Source: Amphiscolops sp. MND2022 (Eukaryota). From it: a stretch of 64,000 nucleotides of DNA. Under the pieces are notes generated by a model. That model had not been told where the DNA came from, did not search any database, and saw only the letters and a program-made list of their open reading frames with translations. Shown one piece after another: positions 1 through 10,181 of this stretch. Within the stretch, counting starts at the first letter, position 1. Each line of letters begins with the position of its first letter. The stretch is from the NCBI GenBank assembly GCA_964187785.1, contig OZ076413.1, positions 46,688,001 through 46,752,000 on the forward strand. The letters run 5' to 3'. A program made the translations under genes and the position numbers.

Positions 1-169
1 TGGCAAAAGTGTCGTTTCAAATTGCGGCTTATCACATTTGAAGAATGTTCTGATATCAGCACATGATTTTTGAATCTTTGAGGAGAAGACCTTTGAATCT
101 TGAACGTAGTATAAAAGTTTTTAGAACTTTTATTGATCATTTCAATTGGACTGAAAAAAAAATAAAAAT

Positions 170-233
170 AGAAAAAAAAGTCGAAAAGCCACTGTTATAC
201 TCGCGCTGTATTTCATAAAGTGCCGACTAAAAA
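170..233 (-). repeat. Terminal fragment of the HINE/DINE-1-like repeat family
   Basis: AAAAGCCACTGTTATA...AAAGTGCCGACTAAAAA matches the terminus of the copy at 38328-38949 (CCACTGTAAGAGTCGG...ATGCGCCGACTAAAAA). Confidence 0.5.
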
Positions 234-887
234 CGATAGTTGTGTTATTTGAATCACATGTTTTCACACTTGTTTTCTGTTCTTCATGACACCTTTCCTG
301 TAACTAAAGCAAACATGCTTGCCTGGTACAAAAATGGAGCATAAGCAATTGCCAAAATTATGAATATTTGATGCGCGAAGGCTGCTTGTTTTTCAAGTCT
401 AATCTCCTCCCTTCGCGTAATCAATTATCAATGAAGCAATTGATGAAAACATTTCCAAGTACCTCTCGATAAATTATTCACTCAATCAAAACTACTTAGA
501 AATGATACAAAAAAGAGAACGGATTTTGAACCGATGTCAAAAAATAGGTGTTGATATCAAAAACGTTGTCAGAAAAGATTGAAAACCTTGACAGGCAACT
601 AAATTCAATTCAGATATTCCAATAACAGGAAATCCTGATGATGCTAAAAATTGAAAAGATGAAATTTTTGTTGAATTTGCTCAAGTTTTTTCCTCGAAAT
701 ACTCTGTAAAAATTCAATATGGGTGATATACCGGAAATTACAAAGGCTGATACAGTTTTATAATTTTATAAGATAATATTAATTTGATTGAGTGTATATC
801 ATGGGAACATAAAAAGTATAAATAGATATGGAACTCATTGAGATATGGAACTCAGTGGTACCGCGATTTTTCAGGAATCAAAAACAA

Positions 888-1607
888 TGTAACGACCGGC
901 TAGCGACGCACATCTAGGAAGAGGGACAATGCCTAGGATGGATGCTTAAACAGGAGACCGTTGTCTTACTACATACCTAGACACTAGTTTTTGATCCCAA
1001 AATGGTCTCCAAGGGGGACTTTTCTAACGTCTAAGGAGGTTTCTCTAGTTAGAGCTCCGAAGCGACGCGCCGGCACTCTCAAAGTCCTGACACGCCCCAC
1101 AAGCCTGTAAAAACATTTCTAAGGTTTCTAATGTACTCCTGCGAGTTCCTACATGCTTCCGAGGTCAAAACAGTGATTTAGCTGGAAAACATAATATTTG
1201 GGAAATAAGATATAAAATTACCTAGAAGGTCAAACATCTTCCAAATATTGAAGGGAATTATGAAGATAATAAGGAAAAACGGGGACAAACCCCAATTACT
1301 TTACAGTTTCAAGCCATAATTCGGAATATCCCTCTGGCAATCTTCATCTGAAATTGTTGAATTTCGTAAGAGATGACACAACTTCCCGATAATCGCCATT
1401 CTGACATTCCTCGATCTTCTTGCTCTTTCATCTTTTTCTGCTGTCTCTCCGGCACGTGTTCTCTTTCTTGCTCGCTCTCCGCGTGTTTTCTTTTTTCTTT
1501 CACACTTTTTGTACCTGTCAGGTCGGCCATCTTTTTTCTTCTATTTTGACATCGCATATTTCGAATTTTTCATCGAAATTTTGGTCATGCCGGTGGCAGA
1601 CGATACA
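888..1607 (-). repeat. 3' LTR (720 bp)
   Basis: TGTAACGACC...CAGACGATACA. By eye it differs from 19138-19853 at about 8 substitutions plus one 4-bp (GATG) indel. Confidence 0.97.
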
Positions 1608-1615
1608 TCCTCCCC
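1608..1615 (-). other. Polypurine tract (PPT)
   Basis: The minus strand reads GGGGAGGA immediately before the 3' LTR (plus strand TCCTCCCC). Confidence 0.8.
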
Positions 1616-2169
1616 GGGCCGTAGTTTGTCGTCCTCGGCAAACGAAAGGATGCTAATACCCAGAGGGTGATAGCAATGCTGAGATTTTTTCTTTTTTTTG
1701 AACATCCTAGGAAGGTTTTGTTTTTTCCTTACTTGCTTTCTTTCAATCTCCAAATTTTTCTTTTGTTATTTCCTTATATTAGTATCAATTGGTCTTAACG
1801 AGAACTAAAAATATTCACTGGACAAAACTAAAATTTATGATTGACAATCTCAAAATTTGTAAGCAATTTCGCAAACTCAGATTAAAATTTTTTTTCTAGA
1901 AAGTGCTCTAGCACTTCTCCAGGTAACAAAATTCAAGTCTTGGTAACAATGGTTAATTACCGAACTAGAGAGGGTGGGCACTGGCTCAGGGCCCACCCAT
2001 ATGATGCAGATGAACTAAAATTTAAGTAGATAATAGGTATTACTTTGCAATTCAGTGTCTTAGCACCAACAAAAATGCAATGGTCTAAGACCATTGGGGT
2101 AAAGTCCTGTCTATTCAAAGGCAAGTTTTCGTTTTCAGATTGAACGGCTCAGCGTCGGTTGTTATTCTT

Positions 2170-3888
2170 TTACTCATCGTTTTGGCTTTGTTGTGAATCC
2201 GAAACGGAGGATGTCATTGCTGAATCTTGGTTTATTGAAGATTCCGCCACCAAGGGAGGATATTGTATCGAATCGTCGATGGTGAGTAGGTTGTTCAACT
2301 CAGATTCGATATCAGCAGCATCCATTTGAGATATTCCTGTCTCGGGTTCGTCTTGAGTAGGGGTTGCACCGTCGGATAGAGTGAAGTTATCATCTGTCAT
2401 AGGTTCATCAGGAGTCTCAATGACGATGGATTGATTCTTTTGGTCTTCTTCCATTCGAGTTTCCATTCTTTCCGCGGGCAATTCACTGGGTGTCTCTTGC
2501 TGTGAGCTGCCAGGGGCAGCTGTATTCGTTGCACTGCTTTGTTCGATGATGTTTCCCTGTGGGAATTCAGTTTGTCGGCAAGTTCTGGGTAGCCATGTTG
2601 CATGAACAAACTTTTGAAGGTCTGGATTCCGCGTGCATACTCTTCTCCAACAGAATCCCCTTTTTCCTTTTGTCTACTGTGTAGGTTCAAGAATATCTCT
2701 AGCGCAGCGCGCGGATTATTTGGGACTTCTGTATTGATTGGTAGAGTCTTTCTGTTTGGCTCTTTTGCTACTGAGGGCGTCTTGGCTTTTATGTGCTGAG
2801 AAGTCTGGTGGACTGCAAAATCTACTATGTCTGGTTTCGACCAGCACGTTGTTGCCTGTAGTATATCCGATGGGTGCGCGCGAGGGTTGGTTCGGTCGCA
2901 GTACATCCTTGAGGCATCACACACATAGGGATATCTCAACCCGCTGGGTTCTTCACCTCGTCGCCTTCCGCCCAATCTTTGGATTGCAGTGGCTAGAATC
3001 CTCAGGATTATCTCTGAGTTCCAATCCGTAAGGGAATGTGCTGCTCCTGTTGCTGGATTTAGGGGGATATGTAGCCATGCAATTGGGTGAAATTCCATTG
3101 GCATCGGGAGGGCGCAGCGTGCACGTGCTTTTATGATAGAAGTAAAGTTGTGCTCTACCTGTTTTTTGTCCTTGATAATTGTATAAGCCATGGGCGGTCG
3201 CATCGAGCTGAACTTGGCTACCACTTTGCGGTAAGTCGGTTCCGCTAGGGTCTCATCTGCCATCACGAAATGCAGTATGGAAAGGGTGGGGGTATTCACT
3301 GCCATGCGCAAGACCTGAGTGGGGTACCTTAGAGCCATGACCGCGCCAAAGATTGGCCAGACTATTGGGGCAATTAGGGGCATCAAGTCCTCTGTTTCTA
3401 CCAGCATAAAGGTTGCCATTTGTGAAGGAAACAGGAAGCCAGGGAGCTGGTTTGATTCTCTGTTAATGGCTGGGTTCTCATCGAGAGGATGCATGATACT
3501 CGCGACATTCACCCATGTTGAGTAAATCCATGCTAGAATAGCTTCGATGTTTAGTTCCAGTTGTCTTTTTAATCGTAGAGGACCCGCTGGGTCCAAGGCG
3601 TTCAAGATTGCTTGTAACCAGTTCTTTTGGTTTTGGGAGAATACCAAGTAGCTGAAGAGTGGTAGATGTCCCTTGTCGAAGATTAGTTTTTGCAGAATCC
3701 CAGAGGGTCCTTTATACACTGTGTGCATTCCGACCGCCATTAAGTAAGCTAGAATTTCACTAATGGTGGCTTTTTGCATTGCCTCCTGGTATAACCGCGT
3801 CTGTTGATCATCAAGATTAAATTCGGCTTGAACAAAACCCGGGAGCCAAAAGGGGTGAAATGTTATAAAGAAACACAGGAAATGGGAT
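2170..3888 (-). pseudogene. C-terminal part of the accessory ORF (ORF track 2397-3779 plus 2170-2481), function unknown
   Basis: 460-aa open segment. It links upstream through TAA at 3889-3891 and a 1-bp shift near 3852 (..YNISP/FWLPGFVQAEFNLDDQQTRLYQEAMQKAT..). It links downstream through a frameshift near 2550 into an acidic low-complexity tail ending at 2170. Confidence 0.75.
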
Positions 3889-5727
3889 TTATAGCCGCAG
3901 GGCGACTTGATTTAAGGTTTCATGTAGGGCTTTGTGCCAAGTTTGATAGGTATGGCTTGGTTCTACTTCATTTTGTCTTGCCAAGCCTCTTGTCATTACT
4001 GTCAAGAGCGTCAAAGTGAGAGGCGCCATTTCAAGTTTAGCATCAGTAGATATAGCCGCCATGGGAAATACGGTGGTGTTGGTCCGTTCTGTTTTAACTT
4101 TTTCAGTTTCTTTAAAAAGAGTTAGGAGCTCTTTGTGGAATTTTGGTTCATGTGTTTTTTCGTCGAGAGTGGACTCATCCCTTCTTTCAAACCAGAGGTT
4201 ATCAATTAGGTGTTTTCTCTCGTTCTCGTTCGGGTCGAACACTTTGCGTACACCGTTTTCGTCTAGGGATCGGATAGACATTTGCATTCCGTAGTCGTAC
4301 GCGGTTGCTTCGTCGACAATCAATTGTGAATTGCCTCGATATCCTGTGAATGCCTGGATGGCTTTGGACACCTCTGCCAAAAAGGCTGGATACGACGCCT
4401 CGCAGGGGCGCCACGTGGTTACGCTAATTCTTAAATTTGGAGCAACAATGTAGAAGTGGAGGTCTCTTGCATAAGCTGCTTCAAGCACTAAATATAAGAA
4501 TTGTTGCAGTGCTCTTGGGAGATAAATGTACCCGGGGGGTGAGACGAAGACTGTTGCGGTGTTCGGTTTTTTGTTTTTCATTGTAGTAACAATGTAGGAC
4601 ATTGTTTCTATGTAGGCCGTGACTTCGTCGGTGACGAAGCCTTCGGTAAATCGATTGCTTTGTGTATCGAAATGTCGCAATGATCCTCGCAGGGCGAGGT
4701 GATCAATCACATTCGAATACACCAAGACTGGTGGAAGAGGTATCGTTTCTGTCCCCGCTGGCGTGAATATTTTGTCTGTTACCTCTGCCATTTCATTAAG
4801 CGTTGTGCAAGGCATATTCATTAGTCTAACGTCCATCAAGGTGTTATTGCTATTATACGATGACTTGATGGTTGAGTCAACGAAGAGAGCAATCCTAGTT
4901 TTCTGTAGCAAATCTTTTCCCATTGGTAGTAGGGTGATGGGGTTCCTCGCGTAGTTTTTTGACTGTAGGTGGTTCTCTCCGAATCTGCCGGGTCTCTGGC
5001 GAGCGAGTCGATCGTTGGTTGCTTGGAGCGGTTGTAAGTACGTGGAGTTGCTGTTCTGCAATTCTCTTCTGAGACGCTCGAACCATGGTGGGACTCCTCC
5101 ATCATTGGCGAATATTGGTGGCTTAACTGGTCGGTTGTAAACTACTCCAATGTTGGCCTTCTCTATAGTTCGCTGAGTGGTTTGGTCCCCTCTGCTGTTA
5201 GCGCTCGCAAACTTCTGTCTTGGGGGATTTTCTTCGTCAGGCATATTTGGTATTTCGCGTTGAAGACGCAGTGCGTCTCTCGCTGTAATATCCAACTGTT
5301 TCATTTCTGCCCCAGTTAGTAACTCTCTCGTGACTTTTTGTCTCCTGGCTTCTGGTTGGCTAGGGGATTGGGCTGGAGTTCCTCTGTTTGAGTTGGTTTG
5401 CCCGTCTTGCTCTCTAGCTCTCTTCGTTGCATTCAACTTATCGCGGAGATCCATTGGAGCATTTCTATCCTTTCTTTCTTTCTTTTGCTCTTCTTTTTGC
5501 CGTTCATGTAGTTTTGGATCCTTTTGGAATCCTATTAGTTTGCTGGGTTCACTTTTGGCAGGTTGAGGGTTGGAGGTGGAAGGAGTTAATTCTTCGTATG
5601 AGTCTTGAAATGTGACTTTTCTCGTTGGGCGAGTGTTGTTGGCTTCTTCTTGTGTCACTTGATTGCATTCGATGGGATTTGCTTGTACTCCTTGCACCCC
5701 TCCCCCCTGAAAGGCGGAAGGAAGCAT
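3889..5727 (-). CDS. Accessory ORF, central part (612 aa), with an SGNH/GDSL hydrolase-like domain at about 4340-4900
   Basis: Motifs RIALFVDS (block I-like), MPCTTL (block II-like) and VLVYSNVIDHL (block III-like), then helix YIETMSYIVTTMK and strand TVFVSPP, in SGNH order and spacing. Confidence 0.6.
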   Translation of the reverse strand: MLPSAFQGGGVQGVQANPIECNQVTQEEANNTRPTRKVTFQDSYEELTPSTSNPQPAKSEPSKLIGFQKDPKLHERQKEEQKKERKDRNAPMDLRDKLNATKRAREQDGQTNSNRGTPAQSPSQPEARRQKVTRELLTGAEMKQLDITARDALRLQREIPNMPDEENPPRQKFASANSRGDQTTQRTIEKANIGVVYNRPVKPPIFANDGGVPPWFERLRRELQNSNSTYLQPLQATNDRLARQRPGRFGENHLQSKNYARNPITLLPMGKDLLQKTRIALFVDSTIKSSYNSNNTLMDVRLMNMPCTTLNEMAEVTDKIFTPAGTETIPLPPVLVYSNVIDHLALRGSLRHFDTQSNRFTEGFVTDEVTAYIETMSYIVTTMKNKKPNTATVFVSPPGYIYLPRALQQFLYLVLEAAYARDLHFYIVAPNLRISVTTWRPCEASYPAFLAEVSKAIQAFTGYRGNSQLIVDEATAYDYGMQMSIRSLDENGVRKVFDPNENERKHLIDNLWFERRDESTLDEKTHEPKFHKELLTLFKETEKVKTERTNTTVFPMAAISTDAKLEMAPLTLTLLTVMTRGLARQNEVEPSHTYQTWHKALHETLNQVALRL

Positions 5728-6317
5728 AAAGGCAGGAGTAGAGAGAGGGGGAAGGGTTGATACCCACAGATGGCAGAGGCATAGGTGGTGTGAGGATTGG
5801 AGGTAGCATTTGAGGCAAAGTGCAGTTGAAGGTTGTAGTCTCGGGGGGTGGAAGCTGTATCATAGTTTGAGATGGGGCAGGCTGTGTTGGGTGGAAGATT
5901 GGCTGTATTGTTGGGGGAGAAATGAACGATCGTTCTTGGTCCATAGGAGGCGTGCGTGTCAGGTTCTCCGTAGAGCATATGGGAGCGATGGTCGATCAGG
6001 TTATGAGTTAAATCGTAACCATGCCAAACACCATCGCGGAAGGTAGCGGAACGCTCAAGCGGTCCAATGCTACTTGTAATGGTCAATAAGACCTCTGGGT
6101 GCGTAGCTTGCGCTTGCATCTGCGCTACAATCATGGCAAAGCCAGTGATCATGGTGGGGGTGGCCCCATCTTGTAAAGCTTGCTGGACTAAGGCTAGTTG
6201 GTCGACTCGGCCATTAACCTCGCCCATTGATTGGAGAGTGTTAGAAGAAGGAATACGAGATTGGGGATTCTGTTGGCTATTTGGAGCAGGCATGCGATTA
6301 CGCGATGAAGGATCCAT
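5655..6317 (-). CDS. Accessory ORF, N-terminal part (MDPSSRNR..., about 220 aa), function unknown
   Basis: ATG at 6317 after an AT-rich spacer. It overlaps the 612-aa ORF in another frame, so it is either a frameshifted 5' part or a separate small ORF. Confidence 0.55.
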   Translation of the reverse strand: MDPSSRNRMPAPNSQQNPQSRIPSSNTLQSMGEVNGRVDQLALVQQALQDGATPTMITGFAMIVAQMQAQATHPEVLLTITSSIGPLERSATFRDGVWHGYDLTHNLIDHRSHMLYGEPDTHASYGPRTIVHFSPNNTANLPPNTACPISNYDTASTPRDYNLQLHFASNATSNPHTTYASAICGYQPFPLSLLLPLCFLPPFRGEGCKEYKQIPSNAIK

Positions 6318-6690
6318 TGATAGCACAGATAGGGAATAAGTGGATATGGATGAAAGAGGGTGATGGTGTGATATAGGGAGGCTGCGCAAGGGCGAAGCAA
6401 CAGGACAAAACTGAAAATCAAGTGGCACATGAACAGGGTATATTAGAAGTGGTAAGAAAGGAAAACTAAAAGTTAAAACTTAAAATGACAGAGTGAGTGT
6501 TAAAAAGTTTAGTAGTTAGATAGAGTGCAGTCGTTTAAAAAAAGAAGACCTTTTACGGACTATTTTGTACGTATTAAGGATGTTAACGAGAAAAATGGGG
6601 GTGGATTTTGGAAAACAAAAAAAAGGAGGGCGGGCCTCTGGCCCTTTAAATCATGAAAACTCAATCTGTGGGGATGTCAAATGAAGAAAT

Positions 6691-8682
6691 TTATGCAATA
6701 GAAACGTAGACTCTATCGTGGAGTACTATCTCAAGATTTGACCCGAAGAAGTGATCCCGGAGCGTGGCGTACCAAGTTGGAAGGAGATTGATCGATCGTT
6801 CGGGGTCATAGATGGGTATGTGGACTCGGGAAATTTGGTGTTGGTGGAGTTGATGCCGAAGATGGTTGAGGCATGCGTGTAGGGTCTCATGTAGTAGTGG
6901 GTATTTGTTGGAGGCTCTGGTGTATAGGAGGAAGATTTGATTGTACCAGGGTGCCGTGTGGGAGTACTGTAAGCAAGTGGCTGTGCCAACCGAAGGTTTT
7001 AGACGGAAGATAGTTTCTTGTCCATATTCGCGAATAATATATCGAATAGTTGCTGATTGGGATTGGAGGTCTGCAGGACAGCACAATACTAATGTGCCAG
7101 AGGCTTGCAGGATATCCGTGTCGGAGTAAGTTATCCATGACACGTGGCTTGGGCGAATCTTTGGTTGTGAGATGAGCCATTTTCCAGTTTCTTCTGCCTG
7201 ATTCTCCAGGGGGTTCAACATCAAGTGTGCGAAAATTGATTTGCGATCGTTCCATATTGTACGACGTAGGGGGCGGTTGCCCATATGTACGCACGACCAT
7301 CTGTGCATTACGGAGAGTGCTTCTAAGGGAGAAATAGGTATTTCGGGCGTGTACGTTAAGCGGTCGAGAATGCAAATTTTCGTTTGTCTGCAGAAAACAA
7401 TGGCTATTAGTTGTAGCCAATGTTGGCTCAAGAATTTGCCGCGGTAAACGTCAGCTAGATGAAAACATAAGGTGTCGTTCGACTCTACGAGGGTGCGTAG
7501 GTTTTCTAGGCATAACAATAATGTAGTTGGTGAGACTAATGATGAGTCGTCAAGGGAAGTGACTAGAAGCCACCATCCAGTGGATGGTTGATATACATCA
7601 CCTGGTGGGGAAGTGATGTGATATTTCTGTCATAGTTGGTTTGCGGTGATGCAGCGGATCATTAGGGGGTTACTGCAGGTATCATCTAATTCACCAAATG
7701 AAAACGAGTGGGGTAGAGGGGGAATGATTGCTGCTAGCGTGAATTCAAGTCCACCTTTTTCATGAGAAGTCCACTCTTTGAAACGATAGGTTGGGCAATC
7801 AGAGGGGGAGAATCGGTGCATTTCCTTCAGGGTGGATTCCAAGGGTGGTATGGATTCAGATTCGGTACTGGTAAAAGTTTTTTCGATTGTTAAAATGATA
7901 TGTCGGACGGTTGGTGTGATATTGGAATTATGTAATTTTGTTCGTACATTGAGGATTTTGTGTTGTGGGTGGTTCGCTGTTTGTGCTAAGAGGAACTCGC
8001 AGTCCGGAATCGCCGCTCCCCGGGCCAGTCGCTGTCTTGGGGTTTCTGTTGTGACTAGCTGGACGCAACTGCAGTTACGAGAACCACAGGTTCCGCACTT
8101 ATATTTCGGTGCTCTGTTGGTTCGGAGTTGGTAGCGTGGCGCTTGTCTAGAATTATCATCACGTTGGGGTGATTGAGCAGGGGATGAACTCTCTGGAATA
8201 TGAGGAAGAGTCATGGCTCTGTCAAGCGTTCTGGGCGCGGTTCTAGAAGAAAACCTGGTTCTTGGGCCTCTCCTGTGCCGCGTGGTGGGTTTCTGGGAAG
8301 ACGTGGTGGTTTTGCTTGATGATGTGGGTAGTTGGTTTCGGCGAGCAGGGGGTCTACCTCGAGGTCGACCTCTCCTTGTGGTGGTTGTAGGCGGTGGATT
8401 TGGATTCGCGATTTGGTGGTCAGGTCCGTCATTGTTTTCCAGTGGCTCAGTGGCCTGAATTGGATCAGTCGGTTCGTTGGGGTGCGTTCTTTGTTGGTTA
8501 AACAAAGGAAAGTTGCTCAAGGTGTCTGTGAGCGAGGGGTTGGAGAGTAATGGAGCTGAAGTTCCTGAAGGTGATGGTATTAAACTTTCGATGAGCGTTG
8601 GTGGCAGTATTTCATCTTGGTCGGAAAATAATGGTTCTAGATCATCGACTTCGGGGAATACTACTTGGGAGGGAGGGGTCAT
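6691..8682 (-). pseudogene. Integrase C-terminal extension: Pro/Ser linker, AT-hook motifs, CxxCxxxxCxC cluster, two tandem TARG1/Poa1p-like macrodomains
   Basis: ORFs 7630-8682 and 6691-7518 are in the same frame, separated only by TGA at 7630-7632 (..CITANQL*QKYHITSPPGDVYQPSTGWWLLVT..). RRGRPRGRPP at about 8350-8378, CGTCGSRNCSC at about 8065-8097, macro-like units at about 7360-7710 and 6715-7137. Confidence 0.7.
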
Positions 8683-10181
8683 GGGGAAGGTTCTGCCGCT
8701 TCGGCTTCGGAGTCTGATTCGGATGGGTAGTCGAATTGGCTGAATCTCCTGCGTGCGACCCCTTGTCCTGGGGCAGTTTGTGTTCGTGTTTGGATGGTAC
8801 GAGGGGGGACCGGTCTCGTGGGTTCCATTTCGAACGACGCCTCTGGGAGCTGTTCTGGAAGAAAGGAGTCTCTAGAGATGTCGGAGGTGATTTCTTCGTT
8901 AGTGTCTTCCACGTATGGATCAGCAATGATAGCTACATTTTGATCTAGTCCGAATGGTTGGCAAGTGGTCCAGTCCCAGGGGGCTGGTACATGTTTCTTT
9001 AGTCTTTCGTAGTGAACTTTTTGACCTGTGTCGAGCACGTAGAGACGTCCATCTTGTAGTACATTGGTGACCTTGTGGGGTCCGCGCCAAGCGCGTATAA
9101 GCTTGCGAGTGCCGCCCTTGGGGATTATGTGACAAAATACCCAGACAGCGTCACCTACGGCGTGCGCTTTTGCTTTGAGGTGACGATCAAATTTTAGTTT
9201 TTGTCGAAGTTGAGCTTGATGCGTATTTCTTCGAACTAATTCGTGGAATTCTTGTTGTCTGGCCAACAGGTGTTCAACGAACTCTTCTTTGGAATCAAAG
9301 CCTCGCGCTGCGAACTCTGGGTATATAAACGAGAGTGGTATCGATTTCTCTGCGCCATGATGGAGCATGTAGGGTGAGAACCCTGTAGTGGCATGTCTGG
9401 TGGAATTGTATGCGCCCAGAACTCCATCAATGTGTTCGTCCCAGTCTTGCATTCTGCGTGAGGTGTAGACTCGGAGGAGAGTGAGCAAAGTTCGATTCTG
9501 GCGCTCCACGAGTCCATTTCCTCTGGGATGTGCTGGGGTAGACGTAACTTTGGTGACTTGAGAGGCTTTCATTAATTCCTGGGCGATTTCAGCGGTGAAG
9601 TTAGTTGCATTATCCGATTGCATCCTTGCAGGAGTGCCATGCCTGGCAAACCATTTGTTCAGGATTATTTTTGCGGTGGTTTGTGCGTCATATTCGTCGT
9701 GAGCGCAGGGGACAGCTTCTGCAAATTTGGTAAAATGATCTACTATTACCAAAAGACCGGTGTTGCCCGAGTCGGTCTTGCAGAGTTTCAAATGATCGAA
9801 CTGAACTAGGTCGTTGAAATTGCTACTATTAATGCTCTGCAGGGGGTAGCAAGGATTTCCCGCTGGGTGTTTTGCTTGTTGGCAAGTCAAGCATTGCTTG
9901 ATGTGATTTACTACGTCCCTCTCGATTCCCGGCCAAGTGTGCCGTTCTTGTATTCTGGCCAGCACTTTTCCTACGCCTTGATGTCCCGATTCATCGTGTG
10001 CTCTGTACAGGATTTCGTGTTGGAAAAGTTGCGGCATGATTATCATGCATGGGCGTACGTGCAGGGCACGTTGCTGGGGAACGTAATTGACACAGAGTAT
10101 GTCACCAGGGTTCAAGAATAGCAGGTCTTTCTTTTGATGGTAGTATCTTTTGGCGAAGTCTTGTACTTCATCTGGGAACAT
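8679..10181 (-). CDS. Integrase (HHCC zinc domain, DDE core, GPY/F-like motif), frameshifted from the upstream pol
   Basis: AHDESGH..CLTCQ; QFDHL..IVDHFTK..QSDN..VERQNRTL; WRGPHKV. Adding one A to the run at 10201-10204 fuses it to 10112-14773 (LMKNEPFEEPMFPDE). Confidence 0.95.
   Translation of the reverse strand: MFPDEVQDFAKRYYHQKKDLLFLNPGDILCVNYVPQQRALHVRPCMIIMPQLFQHEILYRAHDESGHQGVGKVLARIQERHTWPGIERDVVNHIKQCLTCQQAKHPAGNPCYPLQSINSSNFNDLVQFDHLKLCKTDSGNTGLLVIVDHFTKFAEAVPCAHDEYDAQTTAKIILNKWFARHGTPARMQSDNATNFTAEIAQELMKASQVTKVTSTPAHPRGNGLVERQNRTLLTLLRVYTSRRMQDWDEHIDGVLGAYNSTRHATTGFSPYMLHHGAEKSIPLSFIYPEFAARGFDSKEEFVEHLLARQQEFHELVRRNTHQAQLRQKLKFDRHLKAKAHAVGDAVWVFCHIIPKGGTRKLIRAWRGPHKVTNVLQDGRLYVLDTGQKVHYERLKKHVPAPWDWTTCQPFGLDQNVAIIADPYVEDTNEEITSDISRDSFLPEQLPEASFEMEPTRPVPPRTIQTRTQTAPGQGVARRRFSQFDYPSESDSEAEAAEPSP

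Noticed and set aside
1309..1557. 82-aa ORF, repeated at 19555-19803
   Set aside because: It lies within the LTRs, is low-complexity and purine-rich, and is duplicated only because the LTRs are.
2170..6317. env gene
   Set aside because: The position fits, but I see no signal peptide, furin site with fusion peptide, or C-terminal membrane anchor.
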